Shown: one piece after another, positions 30,664 through 39,731 of the stretch
How positions within the stretch are numbered: the stretch's first letter is position 1
Layout of the letters: each line of letters starts with the position of its first letter
Virus record (IMG/VR): IMGVR_UViG_3300042453_004661
Location: 60,586 to 124,585 of that record
Strand: one strand, 5' to 3'
Origin: a virus
Length of the DNA: 64,000 bases
The notes under the pieces: generated by a model
The model's database searches: none
The model's input: the letters and a program-made list of their open reading frames with translations, nothing else
What the model was told of the DNA's origin: nothing
Translations under genes and position numbers: made by a program

Positions 30664-31104
30664 CTACCAAGCTATTCCCAAATCTATCGAAACAAAAGAT
30701 CTGCCTGCTCCTGGAGTGGCAGAAACATGCTTGTAATTTACACCGATAGAAGAGCCAGAGCTGTCCCTTAACCCCACATAAAGGTCATGATTAAGATTTG
30801 GAAAATAGCTATTTATTTGATTGTCTGGGGCAGAAACAAAAGCCAAACCATGAACGGATCTCAAGACTAAATAAGAGACTTTAATCTCAATCCCTAGCGA
30901 GGCATTAGAGAAGAAAGAAGACTTTGGACCAAGCCAAGCCCCTGCCTCATACTGATAAACGACCGAGCCAATCAGGTTATCTCTAAATCCAATCGAGGAC
31001 ATTACCGAACTGTCGGATGATGGAATGCTTGGGCCATGCCTAAAAAAGGATTCGGCAAAGCATGCCTGGGAGAGAAATAAGATCCCTATTAGGGCCCTGA
31101 CCAT
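30664..31104 (-). CDS. Outer-membrane beta-barrel, PagL (lipid A 3-O-deacylase)-like
   Basis: Signal peptide, amphipathic strands, GVNYKHVS (H-x-S) near the C-terminus, terminal Trp. Confidence 0.45.
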   Translation of the reverse strand: MVRALIGILFLSQACFAESFFRHGPSIPSSDSSVMSSIGFRDNLIGSVVYQYEAGAWLGPKSSFFSNASLGIEIKVSYLVLRSVHGLAFVSAPDNQINSYFPNLNHDLYVGLRDSSGSSIGVNYKHVSATPGAGRSFVSIDLGIAW

Positions 31105-31107
31105 AAT

Positions 31108-31248
31108 TCATCCCATTAAGAAATAGTTGAAGAATCCATTATCTTCATATTCTTTTAGAATCTTGGCCAGTGGCTTTTTGAGCTTTTTAGGCTTCTTGGG
31201 TGATGCTTTGGTTTTCAGCTTCTTTTTCGATGAGCTTTGTTTTTTCAT
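31108..31248 (-). CDS. Small Lys-rich protein (46 aa; not in the ORF track)
   Basis: MKKQSSSKKKLKTKASPKKPKKLKKPLAKILKEYEDNGFFNYFLMG; ATGA-coupled to the AAA gene. Confidence 0.45.
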   Translation of the reverse strand: MKKQSSSKKKLKTKASPKKPKKLKKPLAKILKEYEDNGFFNYFLMG

Positions 31249-32180
31249 GGCGAGGCTTTCTTTCTAAGAAGCTTCTTCAAAGTCTTTATTGTAGATGATG
31301 CATTTTCATGATCCTGAACCCATGAATCTAGATCATATTCATTGTCATCATCTTTTCTGCCCACCCCAATAAATCGAGAAGATGAGTCTTTAATTAGCTG
31401 GATATACTGATCGAGAGGCTTCATCATGCAATAATGACCACGAAGGACCTCTCTTAGCTCATCGATAGTAAATCCTTCTGTCTTTTTTGCAATACTTTCT
31501 ATAGCATCCTTATCAGAGATTTTGGTTGCCAAATATGCCTTTCTCGCATTGAGACTAGGAAATCCGACCTCGATTACAGAGGCAAATCTTCCGGGTCTTC
31601 TAATCCTGGCCGGGATTCTTTCAATGTAATTTGTGGTGGCAATATACATTGCGTTCTTTTTTTGAACTTCACCATCAAGAACATGCAAAAGTCCGGTCTC
31701 GTCATTCTTTACATGCTCATCCATTTCTTCAAAAATAACTAAAACTCGAGTGTCTGGCTGAACAGAATCTAGGACATCGTATGTTGTTTTAAGAGAAGCT
31801 GGCTGTGGGTTAAAAAGAACAATCCCGCCAGAGGCTATTATCTTTTGAGAAACCCGACTAACAATGCATGTTTTTCCTGTTCCTGGGCTACCGTAGAGCA
31901 GGATATTCATCTTTTGAAGAAATCCAAAACTATCAAATCTGGACATGCATTCTGCAGATAGAAACATATCCATATCTTTCATGACGGAGTCGTATTCTGT
32001 TCCAGGTAAATCGACGAGCTGATCATGGTTATTTTCCATGGCTACAAAAGTGACAGCGTCATTTCGCATATCCCAGTCAACTCGATAGACTCCGGGATCA
32101 AGAGTCTTATGAATACTTACACCCGGAACAGGCTGGTATTCTTTGTCTACTTTTAGATATCCTTCGTACTTCTTAACCAT
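31245..32180 (-). CDS. AAA+ ATPase
   Basis: Walker A GSPGTGKT, Walker B LVIFEEMD, ATTN, RRPGRF arginine finger. Confidence 0.85.
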   Translation of the reverse strand: MVKKYEGYLKVDKEYQPVPGVSIHKTLDPGVYRVDWDMRNDAVTFVAMENNHDQLVDLPGTEYDSVMKDMDMFLSAECMSRFDSFGFLQKMNILLYGSPGTGKTCIVSRVSQKIIASGGIVLFNPQPASLKTTYDVLDSVQPDTRVLVIFEEMDEHVKNDETGLLHVLDGEVQKKNAMYIATTNYIERIPARIRRPGRFASVIEVGFPSLNARKAYLATKISDKDAIESIAKKTEGFTIDELREVLRGHYCMMKPLDQYIQLIKDSSSRFIGVGRKDDDNEYDLDSWVQDHENASSTIKTLKKLLRKKASP

Positions 32181-32189
32181 GTTCGCCTC

Positions 32190-32262
32190 AAAAAATAAAA
32201 AGGGGAAGCTCTGGATGAAAGGGAGGAAAGGGATTCATCGATATCCCCACAGAGCTTCCCCT
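32190..32262 (-). terminator. Structured terminator / candidate sRNA
   Basis: 13-bp stem (32201-32213 with 32250-32262), inner 6-bp stem, U-tract on the minus strand. Confidence 0.6.
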
Positions 32263-32268
32263 ACTGAA

Positions 32269-32610
32269 TTACGCCTGTCCTTCCATTTGGGTGGAGGAAG
32301 CGGATCGGACAGTGACGCTCTTCAGAAACTTAAGAAGAGATCCATCAAGACCAGACATTTCTTCGTCTGTATATTGAAGGGCTTTTGAAATATCATACAG
32401 TGTAACTTCAGATGCGGTTACTGTATATCCGCCTCGGGGGCCTCGTTGGCCATGGATCAGGCCTGCGCCACGCAGGCGTCGAGCAATCTGTTCCAGGAAG
32501 CTTACAGTGCCTCCTACCTCTGTAACAAGATCAGATACTGGTCTTTTCTTAGTGGTGTCTAGTGACTTTACAATCTTTACGGCTAGCTCTAGTTTCTTTG
32601 GAATCTTCAT
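32269..32610 (-). CDS. Rrf2-family winged-helix transcription regulator
   Basis: SFLEQIARRLRGAGLIHGQRGPRGGY...VTLYDI signature; no cysteines. Confidence 0.85.
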   Translation of the reverse strand: MKIPKKLELAVKIVKSLDTTKKRPVSDLVTEVGGTVSFLEQIARRLRGAGLIHGQRGPRGGYTVTASEVTLYDISKALQYTDEEMSGLDGSLLKFLKSVTVRSASSTQMEGQA

Positions 32611-32670
32611 ACTTTTTTCTCCTTTGGATTAAAACCAATCTAAATATAATTATACCTATTTAGTAGTGTT

Positions 32671-32692
32671 GTGGGGGGCCGAAGCCCCCCAC
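32671..32692 (-). terminator. GC-rich C(UUCG)G hairpin after the DUF932 gene
   Basis: Minus strand gtggggggc-ttcg-gccccccac; no U-tract follows. Confidence 0.55.
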
Positions 32693-32700
32693 CATTCTCT

Positions 32701-33639
32701 TTAAGCAATCCGCTCAAAGACTTTTGTGATCTCTGCATCTTCAATTTCACTAGCCTGCTTAAGGAGGTTTGTGCCCCCATCTGCAAAGAGCTTTGCAACA
32801 TTGTTGCGGATCTCCCTGTGACGGAGAGGAGAAAGCTCTCCCCCACGGCGACTGGTGGCCCAGGTGAAGCCATTATACATGGCCCATGCAGTTCTCTTAA
32901 TTCCTTCTTGTTCTGCCCGATCACTCTCTACACAGTGCTTGGCAAAAGAAGCTACATTGAGAGGGAGAACTTTCTCTTTGACAGCGACTGCCACAGCCTT
33001 GACAGCAAGCTCTTTGGAGACTTCAGTCTGTCCAAGCTGGCGGTAGAAAGGAACCAGTTTGTTTTCAAAGTTTTCAAGAGCCATCTGAGCAGTCTGAAGA
33101 AGCCCTTCAACACTGACTCCACCTACATGAAGGAAGCGCTGGCTGACATCTTTTACTGCAGACTTTGCCAGGTTCAGGCAGACAAGACGCATGGACTCAA
33201 GCTCAAGGGACAGGGCATTGAGGCCATCATAGCTATTGACCAGAGTCAGGACGGGATAAAGGACATCTCCTTTGTTGCCTGGAGTGATCTGGTATGGCTT
33301 CATAACCTGGAACTGAGCCATCATTTTGGCGCCATTCCGGTCAAGGCTTACATTCTTGAGGGAGAAGGGCATGCCTACATTATTCATGCCTTCAAATGCA
33401 GCCTGCAAAACATCTGCATGAGGAACCAGCTTGTATTCAGGGCTGGCATAGCCAAGAATCTGTGGGCCCTCTTGTCCATCCAGGCGAAAAATAGCATCCC
33501 GCTCTGTTTCCATATTTTGCCCATTATGGGTAAAATTCATTCTTGCCCTGGTGACAGGGAAAGTTACAGCTTGAATAGCTGCCTGTTGATCTTCAGTTTC
33601 CAGTACCTTATAGTTCTTAAGTTCGATGATTTGGCTCAT
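32701..33639 (-). CDS. DUF932-family protein
   Basis: LGYASPEYKLVPH, LVNSYDG, RLVCLN, TAWAMYNGFT motifs; SD gaggagg. Confidence 0.75.
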   Translation of the reverse strand: MSQIIELKNYKVLETEDQQAAIQAVTFPVTRARMNFTHNGQNMETERDAIFRLDGQEGPQILGYASPEYKLVPHADVLQAAFEGMNNVGMPFSLKNVSLDRNGAKMMAQFQVMKPYQITPGNKGDVLYPVLTLVNSYDGLNALSLELESMRLVCLNLAKSAVKDVSQRFLHVGGVSVEGLLQTAQMALENFENKLVPFYRQLGQTEVSKELAVKAVAVAVKEKVLPLNVASFAKHCVESDRAEQEGIKRTAWAMYNGFTWATSRRGGELSPLRHREIRNNVAKLFADGGTNLLKQASEIEDAEITKVFERIA

Positions 33640-33667
33640 ACTTCCTCCTCTGAGCTGTTACTTGTAT

Positions 33668-33696
33668 AGAATAGCAAACAAATGATTATGGGTCAA
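33668..33696 (-). promoter_or_regulatory. Sigma70-type early promoter
   Basis: TTGACC-17 nt-TATTCT with an A-tract upstream. Confidence 0.65.
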
Positions 33697-33708
33697 TTCT
33701 TTTTTTTA

Positions 33709-34029
33709 TTATCTTTCCACCAACCTATCAATTATATCCATTAACATGTCGCAGTAAACATCTTTAACTACTGCCTTGGACTTCCAGGCGCCCTTCCAGA
33801 CTCTGCCAATTTCGACAGAATAGGTGTCATTGGCCATCAATCTAACCAAAACAATACCTTTATGTTTCATTCCATTTACCCTAAACTGAAGTCCTCCAAG
33901 GGTATAGTTTTCCTGAATCTTCCCTTCTTTTAGGGCAACATAATCTTTAGAACCCCATGCCCAAAATGCCATTGGGTCGGTTGCTTTAATCTGTTGTTGA
34001 ATTGTGACGGCAACTTCATAAGGTGTCAT
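33709..34029 (-). CDS. Hypothetical early protein
   Basis: AWG...GLQFRVNGMKHKG...DTY...DVYCD pattern; own promoter and SD aggag. Confidence 0.65.
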   Translation of the reverse strand: MTPYEVAVTIQQQIKATDPMAFWAWGSKDYVALKEGKIQENYTLGGLQFRVNGMKHKGIVLVRLMANDTYSVEIGRVWKGAWKSKAVVKDVYCDMLMDIIDRLVER

Positions 34030-34049
34030 TTTGCTCTCTCCTTACATTC

Positions 34050-34078
34050 AGAGTAACAAAACCCACCATATTGGTCAA
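34050..34078 (-). promoter_or_regulatory. Sigma70-type early promoter
   Basis: TTGACC-17 nt-TACTCT with an AT-rich upstream element. Confidence 0.6.
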
Positions 34079-34122
34079 CAAAAAATAATCAATAAAATAA
34101 AAAATTTAAACTATTGATTTTA

Positions 34123-35667
34123 TTAAAGATCTAGGCGCTCTTCAATTACTTCGCCAGTTTCTGCATGAATTTCTTTTCGAGATGCAGAATGCCTTGCTAG
34201 CGTGTCGCACATTGGAAAATTAAAATCAATCACTAGGGATGTAGGTTTACGAGGGATTCCTGTCTCTGGATCTGGATCGTTTCTTAGGGCCCGGCCATCT
34301 GCTTGCCTTGTTTTTGATCTAGATGCTCCACCCTGAAGCTGAAACATAACATCAACCGGGATCAAATCTGTGCCCTCGCCAAGAGTGCTAGTGCCCATCA
34401 GAAGCTTTAGCTGTCTTTGGTTAAAAGCCTTCAGGTAGTTCTCATTTTCTTTACCGCCACCAACACAGACCCCGTATTCTACGCCAGACAAGTGTTCGGC
34501 AAATTTTTCAGCATGCTCTTTTTCATCAATTAAGATCAATACTGAAAGACCATCTTCCACAAATGCTTTAGCCATAGAAGCAACCTTAGCTGTCAAAAGG
34601 TCATTTCCCAGGACCCAGTTTTTGTAGCATTTTCCCTCATCGGGATCGTTTGTCGCTTCGGATCTTTGGACTCCAGTTTCGACTCTTTTGTTGTCTTTAG
34701 TTTTCCACTTCTTAAAGCTACCTTGTGTCCGATATACCGAATACACAAAATAAGTAGGTTTTGCTAGATATCCAGACTCAATTGCCTGGGATGCGGTGTA
34801 TTTATACGCAATATCTCCAACCGCAGAATGTACGAGAATAGTACCGCCATCAGCTCTTTCTTCGTCTGCAGTAAGTCCAAACCTATATACTGCGTTAGGT
34901 ATTTTTTCTACTACTGCGCCAAAGAAAGTGTCTGCAGCGACATGGTGAACCTCATCGGCAATGACCAGACTAATGTCATCAAATGTCCCGGGCTCTGAGG
35001 CATAGACAGATTGATATGTGGCAACAGTAATCCAGCAATCTTGTTTTCTTTTGCCAGAATATTCTCCAACCATCTTGTCCCCAAACCTGGCCTTGAATCT
35101 TCTTACTGTCTGATTCAGAATTGGAGTAGACGGCACAAGAAATATAGCCTTGCACCCTAGCTTAGCAATCAGCTCTTCGCCCAGAACCGTTTTGCCTACC
35201 CCAGTTGCGATCTTTAAGAGGCCATTTGATTTGCCCTCAAGAGCCTGGAGGGCTTCCTCTTGAGGCTTTCTTAGCTTTTTCTTTTCGCCTTTTTGACCAA
35301 GATGTTTTTTGTTTGGCTCGAAATTTCTGGTTTCATCTATTTGTACTGTAGCTTTGCCATTTAAGAATTCTATGGTTCGATCCAAAAGACCAATAGGCAC
35401 AAGTAAAGAACTGCCTTCTGTTTTACAGCACTTAACGATGATAGAATCTTTAATCTCTTTTATCTTTTTTGCGTACCAGCCATCATACCATTCTGGTTTG
35501 TCTTCCATTCTGGATCTACGAAACTTCTCGGCCTTCAAGAAGCGGGTCATTTCATATTGAGCTGATTTGTTGGTGTAAGAAAAGTGCTTATCTATTTCTT
35601 CCAAGATACTGCTCGGAGCAGTAACAACAACCCAGGCTGGCTTTAGGGTAAGGTTGGCATGCATCAC
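34123..35667 (-). CDS. SF2 DExH helicase (UvsW-like)
   Basis: ATGVGKT, DEVHH, GLTA, LGEGTD, QADGRALR. Confidence 0.85.
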   Translation of the reverse strand: MMHANLTLKPAWVVVTAPSSILEEIDKHFSYTNKSAQYEMTRFLKAEKFRRSRMEDKPEWYDGWYAKKIKEIKDSIIVKCCKTEGSSLLVPIGLLDRTIEFLNGKATVQIDETRNFEPNKKHLGQKGEKKKLRKPQEEALQALEGKSNGLLKIATGVGKTVLGEELIAKLGCKAIFLVPSTPILNQTVRRFKARFGDKMVGEYSGKRKQDCWITVATYQSVYASEPGTFDDISLVIADEVHHVAADTFFGAVVEKIPNAVYRFGLTADEERADGGTILVHSAVGDIAYKYTASQAIESGYLAKPTYFVYSVYRTQGSFKKWKTKDNKRVETGVQRSEATNDPDEGKCYKNWVLGNDLLTAKVASMAKAFVEDGLSVLILIDEKEHAEKFAEHLSGVEYGVCVGGGKENENYLKAFNQRQLKLLMGTSTLGEGTDLIPVDVMFQLQGGASRSKTRQADGRALRNDPDPETGIPRKPTSLVIDFNFPMCDTLARHSASRKEIHAETGEVIEERLDL

Positions 35668-35680
35668 CCTACTATTATAC

Positions 35681-35932
35681 TCAGCAAAGATTCCTATCTA
35701 TTTCGATTAAAGAAAACCGAGTGCCCGACTTAAGAATAATCTCCCAGCCATCGGACTTATTGATTATTGCAAAAGTTTCTTCAGTAGCAACATTCCATTT
35801 AGGGTGGCTTTTTTTGTTGAGGCCACGAAGATAGACTGGCTGCCAAGGAAGGGGCTCTTCAATAGGATTACCGCCTTGGTCTACTAGGTAGCCTTCTACC
35901 GCCTCCTCGTCTTCCCTTGCCTCTGCGTCCAT
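35681..35932 (-). CDS. Hypothetical protein
   Basis: Probable start MDAEARED within ORF 35681..36076. Confidence 0.4.
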   Translation of the reverse strand: MDAEAREDEEAVEGYLVDQGGNPIEEPLPWQPVYLRGLNKKSHPKWNVATEETFAIINKSDGWEIILKSGTRFSLIEIDRNLC

Positions 35933-36236
35933 CGGTAGGATTCTGGTCATCAATACGGCCTTCCAAGGCTTCTGAAAGAAATTCTTCAATTTCTTTTTGC
36001 TTTTTAGCTTTTTTGGATTTCGCTGGGTCTTCATCTGGAGCCTCCTCGACTTCTTCGGGACTGGAGTCAACAACATTTAGGTGCTGTCTCGGGACTACAA
36101 GTATTGATCTGGTGTGATTCTCGACCTCGACAAGGTAGGTTTCGCCATAGGCTAGGCCAAGAATAATTCCAAACCCTTTATATCCTGATTTGCTATAAGT
36201 GATGTAAACAGAAGTTCCGGCTTTAAGTTCCACCAA
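35868..36236 (-). CDS. Hypothetical protein (SH3-like N-terminus, acidic linker)
   Basis: Fills the gap after nrdA. Confidence 0.5.
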   Translation of the reverse strand: MVELKAGTSVYITYSKSGYKGFGIILGLAYGETYLVEVENHTRSILVVPRQHLNVVDSSPEEVEEAPDEDPAKSKKAKKQKEIEEFLSEALEGRIDDQNPTDGRRGKGRRGGGRRLPSRPRR

Positions 36237-36248
36237 GGATATTATCCC

Positions 36249-37952
36249 TTACCCCTCACAGGCCTTGCATTCATCAATTTTTCTCTCGTAATCTCGAGTA
36301 GATAGGTCTCCCTTAAGGACGGATTCTGACCTAAAGTAGTAAAGCGACTTCAGCCCCTGCTTCCAAGCCTCCATATGTACTTGGTGAATGTACTTAGGCG
36401 ATGCATTTTGTGGAAAAAACAAGTTTACGGACTGGCCCTGATCAATGAACTTTTGACGCTGTCCGGCCTGTTTAACAATAGCAAATTGATTGATCTCCCT
36501 TGCAGTCAAAAACACTTCTTTTTCGTGTTCGCTAAGAAAATCAAGATGCTGAATAGATCCGCTGTTCTCGAGGATAGTTTTCCAGACATCTTCTGTATCT
36601 TTGCCTTTTTCCTGCAAAAGCTTTCTAAGCAATGGATTTTGCTGAACAAAATTGCCTTTTGCGGTCTTTTTAGCATAGGCATTGGCAACTATTGGCTCAA
36701 TCCCAGCCGATACATTCCCAGAAATAATTGAATTAGAGGCAGTCGGTGCGATAGCCGTAAGGTGGCTATTCCGCATGTTGGTCCCAGCACACCATTCTGG
36801 CTCACCATATTCCTGAGCAAGCTTCCTGGAGGCTGCATGAGACTGGTCTTTGATCTGCTTAAAAATTTGAGAATTAAGCATCATAGACTCAAAAGAATCG
36901 AAAGCAAGCATCTTCGACTGAAGCAGGGAATGCCACCCCAAGACTCCAAGGCCAAGGGCTCGGCTCTTTTGAGCAAAACGCACAGACCTTTCAAAGCCTC
37001 TCAAGTTCTTTGCTTTTTGAATAAACTCTTCCATGACTCCATCGAGAAAGTATGTTGCAATTTCTACAAGATCGGTATCTTTCCATTCGTCCCATTTAGT
37101 CAAATTAAGAGAAGAAAGACAGCAAACAAAAGAATGGTCTTCATCGGTATACAAGAAAATTTCTGTGCAAATATTGCTTGTCTTAACAGTTAGATTGTTG
37201 TTTAGGTAGGCCTGGGGGCGTTGGCGATTAACATTATCTTTGAAGAAGATATACGGCTCCCCGGTTTCTGCTCGGGTGCGGATAATCTCTTTCCAGATCT
37301 CTCTGGCTTTTTTGTCGCCAGATTCTACCTTGTTCATAAAATCATCGCCTACACAAACCCCCTGATGAATATTCTGGCACTGGCGATTCTCGTCTCCTGT
37401 AGGCCTGCGAACACGAAGAAATTCTTCAATATCACCATGCTCAACATCAAGATACCCGGCAGTAGCGCCCCTACGAGTTTGTCCCTGGCTGACAGAGATA
37501 GTTGTGGAGTCGAGAACCTTGAGCCAGGGAACTACACCTTCGGATTTGCCATTTCCAGTAATAAAGGCTCCCCGGGCCCGGACATCGCCCCAGTAAGATC
37601 CCACTCCCCCACCGTACTTTGACAGCATAGCGATTTCATGGATTGTGGTAAAGATACCATCAACCGAATCTGGAACATGGACAGAAAAACAAGAAATAGG
37701 CAGACCCCTAAGAGTGCCTGAGTTGGCAGCTACAGGAGTCGCAAGGCAAAGCCATCCCTTCCACATGGCATCAAAAAATTTAGCTTCAAGATCAGGCCTC
37801 TTGAGATATCCGGCAACAGACTTAGACACTCGAGACCACATACCTCGAGGAGTTTCTCCTTCAAGTAAATACCCGCTTGATAGGGTCTGGAATCCTTCTG
37901 TCGTCATCCATTCTGGAGCCTGATTGTCTTGCTTAAGTTGTTCTAGCTTCAT
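36249..37952 (-). CDS. nrdA: Ribonucleotide reductase class Ia alpha subunit (no ATP cone)
   Basis: PISCF, GGGVG, SNICTEI, IAPTAS, KSLYY, C-terminal CKACEG. Confidence 0.95.
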   Translation of the reverse strand: MKLEQLKQDNQAPEWMTTEGFQTLSSGYLLEGETPRGMWSRVSKSVAGYLKRPDLEAKFFDAMWKGWLCLATPVAANSGTLRGLPISCFSVHVPDSVDGIFTTIHEIAMLSKYGGGVGSYWGDVRARGAFITGNGKSEGVVPWLKVLDSTTISVSQGQTRRGATAGYLDVEHGDIEEFLRVRRPTGDENRQCQNIHQGVCVGDDFMNKVESGDKKAREIWKEIIRTRAETGEPYIFFKDNVNRQRPQAYLNNNLTVKTSNICTEIFLYTDEDHSFVCCLSSLNLTKWDEWKDTDLVEIATYFLDGVMEEFIQKAKNLRGFERSVRFAQKSRALGLGVLGWHSLLQSKMLAFDSFESMMLNSQIFKQIKDQSHAASRKLAQEYGEPEWCAGTNMRNSHLTAIAPTASNSIISGNVSAGIEPIVANAYAKKTAKGNFVQQNPLLRKLLQEKGKDTEDVWKTILENSGSIQHLDFLSEHEKEVFLTAREINQFAIVKQAGQRQKFIDQGQSVNLFFPQNASPKYIHQVHMEAWKQGLKSLYYFRSESVLKGDLSTRDYERKIDECKACEG

Positions 37953-37961
37953 TGCTTCTCC

Positions 37962-38924
37962 TTATTCGTACATGCTGTCCCAGTTTTGATTGCCCTTAGA
38001 ATAATCCGAAACTCTCTGAGAGAAAAAGTCGGTATGCTGAACTCCTGCGGTGAAATAGTCAAACCACTTCATCCTTCCAACTGCTTCTTTATCTATGTTG
38101 TTCCAGTTTGGCTTAAATCCAATATCACCAAGCTTTACATTTGCACGATGCCTAATGTATGCCTTCAAGTCTTTCGCAGACAATCCTTCAATATCTCCCA
38201 TCTCGAAAGCTTTGTCAATAAATTCGTCTTCAAGTTTTACGGTAAGTCTTGCAGCCTCATAGATAGCCTTTTTAAGATCGTCAGTTAGTAGGGAGGGGTT
38301 TTCACTCACGATCTGCCTAAATAGCCAGCACCCGGCCTCAGAATGGAGAGATTCATCCCTGACGGAAAAAGAAATAATCTGGCCAAGGCCTTTCATTAGA
38401 TTTCTCTGACTAAAAGACAACAGAATAGCAAACTGGCTAAATAAAGCTACGCCTTCCCCAAAAGCAGAGAAGATAGCGATAGATTTTGCAATTTCAGAAT
38501 GGCTATTGCTACTCTTGACATCAATCAAGCGGTCGATTCTGGCTTTGGCTGTAGGCTCATGAAGAAACGCATCATAATCCTCGAGCCCTAGGGATTCGTT
38601 TAGGTAAGCATAGGACTTGGTATGGATCGTTTCCATGTTTGCAAAAGCCGAAGACATCATGCCGATCTCAACTTTGGGAAACCACTTATGGACCTTGCGA
38701 CCCCAATAATCATTCACAATAGTCTCTACTTGAATGAATCCTTTTAGGGTTTGGCCGATAAGATTTTTTTCGGCTGTGGTCAGGTTTTCTTTCCAGTCTG
38801 TAATGTCTGACGACATAGAGATTTCGGAATGAAGCCAGTGAGCCTGATTTTGCTTTAGCCAATACTGGTAGGCCTGATCATACTCAAAAGGCATATAGGT
38901 ACTGCGACGAGAAAAAATAGACAT
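37962..38924 (-). CDS. nrdB: Ribonucleotide reductase class Ia beta subunit
   Basis: ETIHTKSY, EGVALFSQF, RDESLH, HTDFF..RVSDY. Confidence 0.95.
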   Translation of the reverse strand: MSIFSRRSTYMPFEYDQAYQYWLKQNQAHWLHSEISMSSDITDWKENLTTAEKNLIGQTLKGFIQVETIVNDYWGRKVHKWFPKVEIGMMSSAFANMETIHTKSYAYLNESLGLEDYDAFLHEPTAKARIDRLIDVKSSNSHSEIAKSIAIFSAFGEGVALFSQFAILLSFSQRNLMKGLGQIISFSVRDESLHSEAGCWLFRQIVSENPSLLTDDLKKAIYEAARLTVKLEDEFIDKAFEMGDIEGLSAKDLKAYIRHRANVKLGDIGFKPNWNNIDKEAVGRMKWFDYFTAGVQHTDFFSQRVSDYSKGNQNWDSMYE

Positions 38925-38965
38925 GATGCTCCTTTTGGCAATAACGCCAAGGTGTTTACTCTAGG

Positions 38966-39532
38966 TTATTGGGAAATGTTTTTAAGACGATCTACAAACC
39001 GCAGAACATCTTTTTCGGTAAAGCCGGGGTTGTGACTTGGGTACATCAAAGAATTCGGATCAGATTCATGATCAAGACCATAACAATGTCCGATTTCATG
39101 CAGTACAGTAGAGCGGAACTTCATACCATCATCATATATCCAATCTTCGTTAATAGCAAGTTCGATTTTGCAATCAAACTTATCCTGGACCGCCTGGCCA
39201 AGAGTGCCATCTTTTGATTGGTTTCCCCAGCTAATTGTGATTGGATAGGTTCCTTCTCTTTTCATGCAATTATCGCATTTCTGATTGTAATAATCAACAG
39301 TTTGATCTACCCACTCACATAGCATTTGCTGTTTCTTATCAAACATAGATGCGCTACACTTTTTGTAATAAGCATTCTTGGGGGGATCTGCAATCTCATC
39401 TGTAAATTTAGATGAATAAATAGCAATAGGAATCATAAGCAGAGTCACCACGACAGAATCAACTACGCTTCCTAGCAGGCTTAAGGACTTCAAGCTTCCC
39501 CCTTTTGGCGACAACTTCGGTCGCTGGTACAA
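38966..39532 (-). CDS. Matrixin/M10-like zinc metalloprotease (start uncertain)
   Basis: HEIGHCYGLDH zinc motif and SLMYP Met-turn; hydrophobic N-terminal segment. Confidence 0.8.
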   Translation of the reverse strand: MYQRPKLSPKGGSLKSLSLLGSVVDSVVVTLLMIPIAIYSSKFTDEIADPPKNAYYKKCSASMFDKKQQMLCEWVDQTVDYYNQKCDNCMKREGTYPITISWGNQSKDGTLGQAVQDKFDCKIELAINEDWIYDDGMKFRSTVLHEIGHCYGLDHESDPNSLMYPSHNPGFTEKDVLRFVDRLKNISQ

Positions 39533-39731
39533 ATTTTAACTTAGAAACCGATCTTTGTAAACCGTCATCGCATTCAACGACTATAGTTAAGTCACTCTTG
39601 CCTGCCGATACATCGATCAGCTTTGACAGTTCTTCGCCACGGACAACTTCATATTCTTTCCCTTTTGTAAGGTAATCGACGCCATAGGCAGAACGGCATA
39701 CAACCATATCTCCGGCCCTATACTTCATCAT
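39459..39731 (-). CDS. Hypothetical protein
   Basis: GD.VVC...YLTKGKEYEV small beta domain; ATGA-coupled. Confidence 0.55.
   Translation of the reverse strand: MMKYRAGDMVVCRSAYGVDYLTKGKEYEVVRGEELSKLIDVSAGKSDLTIVVECDDGLQRSVSKLKFVPATEVVAKRGKLEVLKPARKRS

Noticed and set aside
32671-33669. 332-aa plus-strand ORF
   Set aside because: It lies antisense to the DUF932 gene, which has the promoter, SD and family motifs; it is most likely a shadow ORF.
35681-36236. Possible programmed frameshift joining two overlapping minus-strand ORFs
   Set aside because: An internal ATG at 35932 explains the downstream ORF as an ordinary short overlap; no convincing slippery site with a stimulatory structure was identified.
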